Assembly: GCA_034530875.2 (NCBI GenBank)
Contig: JAVRCJ020000003.1
Span: 160,001-224,000, forward strand
DNA: 64,000 nucleotides
DNA from: Nostoc sp. DedSLP01
GTDB taxonomy: Bacteria; Cyanobacteriota; Cyanobacteriia; Cyanobacteriales; Nostocaceae
Reading direction: 5' to 3'
Made by a program: the position numbers and the translations under genes. How positions within the stretch are numbered: the first letter of the stretch is position 1; every line of letters begins with the position of its first letter. This document shows positions 61,860 through 64,000 of the stretch, in pieces. The notes below the pieces were generated by a model. It was not told where the DNA came from and did not search any database. It was given only the letters and a program-made list of their open reading frames with translations.

Positions 61860-63038
61860 TTAAGTGCTAGTAATGTGAGAAATATCAACAGTGTTTGTTA
61901 CGCCAGTCGCTAAGAAGTGAATAATAGTTTGAGCTAAAGCTTTCGATGCCAAATATGGTACACCGTTACCAATAGTTTTAAACATATTTGTCAACGACAT
62001 ATTTTCTGGAAGTGAAAAATTTGCAGGCAAAGATTGGATAGCTAAAGCTTCTGCAACAGAAATTCGCCGGACTTTGTAAGGATGTAAATGTACTTCATTA
62101 TTGCCATAGCAAGCTGTTGGAGAATAACGCCATCTGTGCAGACGTTTAAAAGATTTCTTAGAATCATCGCCTTCATCAACAGCAGCAAATTTTGCGATAC
62201 CTGCTTTTGGTTGAAAGTAATGTTCGGCATTTGGATGCTTGAGAACATTATTTTTTTGAAACCAATATTCAACTGTTAATTCTTGAGGAATATTGTTAGG
62301 ACAAGCCAGAATAGAATTTGCTTGAAATGGCTCGCACTTAGGCCAAGGATAGGCAAAAATATTTTCTTGCTGATATAAAATGTTTTTTTCCCAAAGCAAA
62401 GCCTCTGAACCTTGTAATTTTTCTTGCTGAAATTCTATTTCCATATCCTGAATAAAATTACTTCGGAACCCAATCAGAATAATTCTTTCCCTATTTTGAG
62501 GCACACCATATTCAATAGTATTAATCAGCCTTTCTGTAAATATATAACCTGTTTGCTGTAATTGTTGCTTGAGCGATTGAAAGAATAAACGATGTTTTTT
62601 CGTCTTCCACAAACCTTTAACATTCTCAAATAAAAAGAAATCTGGAAGATGATGGCAAATTAATTCAATATAAGCGGCGGAAAGCTTGCCGTTATCTCCT
62701 AAATGTCCTTTATTTTTTCCGCCAATCGAAAAATCAGGACAGGGAGGGCCGCCAATAAAGCCAATAAGATTATGAGATTTGCGACAGTCTTTGATTAATT
62801 CTTGAAAGCGTTGTCCTGCGCTTTCTGTAAATAGTTTGGTTACGTCTCCTGCTTCACCCTCATAATATCCGTATTCTGGCAACCCTAAATTGAGAAGCTG
62901 CCGTGAATAACGGTATGCTGCCATAAATGGAGGAAATATTTCATTAACATAAACAATGTTAAAACCACTGGTTTCAAAGCCTAAATCTAAGAAACCTGAG
63001 CCAGCAAAAAAAGAGAAAATACAAGGGCGATCGCTCAT
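61860..63038 (-). CDS. C5 DNA cytosine methyltransferase (orphan)
   Basis: Motif I FFAGSG, IV GGPPCPDFS, VI FENVKG, VIII PQNRER, X IGNGVP. Confidence 0.95.
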   Translation of the reverse strand: MSDRPCIFSFFAGSGFLDLGFETSGFNIVYVNEIFPPFMAAYRYSRQLLNLGLPEYGYYEGEAGDVTKLFTESAGQRFQELIKDCRKSHNLIGFIGGPPCPDFSIGGKNKGHLGDNGKLSAAYIELICHHLPDFFLFENVKGLWKTKKHRLFFQSLKQQLQQTGYIFTERLINTIEYGVPQNRERIILIGFRSNFIQDMEIEFQQEKLQGSEALLWEKNILYQQENIFAYPWPKCEPFQANSILACPNNIPQELTVEYWFQKNNVLKHPNAEHYFQPKAGIAKFAAVDEGDDSKKSFKRLHRWRYSPTACYGNNEVHLHPYKVRRISVAEALAIQSLPANFSLPENMSLTNMFKTIGNGVPYLASKALAQTIIHFLATGVTNTVDISHITST

Positions 63039-63323
63039 TTAATGACTAGTATTATGAAATTCTTGTCTTTAGATCGTGAAATTTAGGGTTTTTACTTACG
63101 TACCAATCATAAATAAACAGTTCCAATACAGCCTAGTATAGTAAAAAATATTCATCAATTATGTAAGTAAATAATATCAAATTTTACTCAAACTTTAAGA
63201 AAAATCCCTGACATAAAAACACTCTGAAGCCACAATTAAATATAAGAGTTTCCAAGCTCCCAGAAATATTTGAGACAAATATTGTCATTAAATAAAAAAC
63301 CGGGGTACTTCAGAGTATTTTCT

Positions 63324-64000
63324 ATGCGGATTTTAATTTACTCGTACAACTATCATCCAGAACCAATTGGTATTGCCCCACTAATGACTGAATTAGCAGA
63401 GGGACTAGTAAAGCGGGGACACCAAGTGCGCGTAGTCACTGCTATGCCTAACTATCCTGAACGTCAAATTTACGAAGAATATCGCGGCAAGTTGTATCTT
63501 ACTGAATACAAAAATGGCGTTGAAATTCAACGTAGTTACGTTTGGATTCGTCCACAACCCAATTTACTAGATCGAGTCTTACTAGATGCTAGTTTCGTTG
63601 TTACTAGTTTTGTACCAGCACTCATCGGTTGGCGTCCAGATGTTATTCTCTCAACCTCACCATCGCTACCAAGCTGTGTACCAGTTGCTCTTTTAGGATG
63701 GTTACGTGCGTGCCCTGTAATTTTAAATCTACAAGACATACTACCAGAAGCAGCCGTTCACGTCGGTTTACTTAAAAATAAATTGCTTATCCAGTTATTT
63801 ACATTATTGGAAAAATTCGCTTATCGCAGTGCCAATAAAATTAGCGTTATAGCCGATGGATTTGTAGAAAATTTACGAGCTAAAGGCGTAGAGCCTAACA
63901 AAATTGTGCAAATTCCCAACTGGGTTGATGTCAATTTTATCCGCCCGTTACCTCAAGAAAATAACCCTTTCCGCACAACACATAATTTAAATGACAAATT
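63324..64000 (+). CDS. Glycosyltransferase family 4, WcaI-like (3' partial; not in ORF track)
   Basis: Manual translation MRILIYSYNYHPEPIGIAPLMTELAEGLVKRGHQVRVVTAMPNYP...NLQDILPE...IPNWVD, open to the window end. Confidence 0.9.
   Translation, partial: MRILIYSYNYHPEPIGIAPLMTELAEGLVKRGHQVRVVTAMPNYPERQIYEEYRGKLYLTEYKNGVEIQRSYVWIRPQPNLLDRVLLDASFVVTSFVPALIGWRPDVILSTSPSLPSCVPVALLGWLRACPVILNLQDILPEAAVHVGLLKNKLLIQLFTLLEKFAYRSANKISVIADGFVENLRAKGVEPNKIVQIPNWVDVNFIRPLPQENNPFRTTHNLNDK

Noticed and set aside
25..63739. Many 60-150 aa ORFs antisense to or overlapping real genes (e.g. 31887-32345, 38731-39180, 3082-3420, 20949-21152, 22025-22394)
   Set aside because: Shadow frames of conserved genes or translations of repeats, with no motifs.

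Overview
64 kb of a filamentous cyanobacterial chromosome, most likely Nostocales. The basis is abundant HIP1 octamers (GCGATCGC), STRR heptamer repeats, ndhN and the cyanobacterial ribosomal-protein gene order. The centre (26.4-44.8 kb) is the conserved rplC...secY-adk-infA-rpmJ-rpsM-rpsK-rpoA-rplQ-truA-rplM-rpsI-rpmE-prfA cluster. The flanks carry ordinary housekeeping genes and two accessory patches. Patch 1 (10.5-14.6 kb) is a split NLR-like module: an HTH-STAND/NACHT NTPase and an overlapping WD40 gene whose near-identical 126-bp repeats vary at only a few positions. It faces a small two-helix membrane gene across a promoter with ~11-bp-phased ACCTT motifs and is followed by an 11 x 21-bp tandem array. 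Patch 2 (44.8-51.0 kb) is an AT-rich island with an XRE regulator, DUF29, a dynamin-like GTPase next to an HsdR_N-type nuclease (candidate defence system) and a twice-stopped Rpn/DUF2887 pseudogene. Features missed by the ORF track include rpmJ, a DUF29 pseudogene, a candidate sRNA at ~6.3 kb, a ~740-nt structured rplC leader, tiny mobile repeats inserted at GCG^AT sites and frameshift-prone repeats inside recO. No tRNA, rRNA or CRISPR array was seen. All family assignments come from motif recognition by eye, not database searches.
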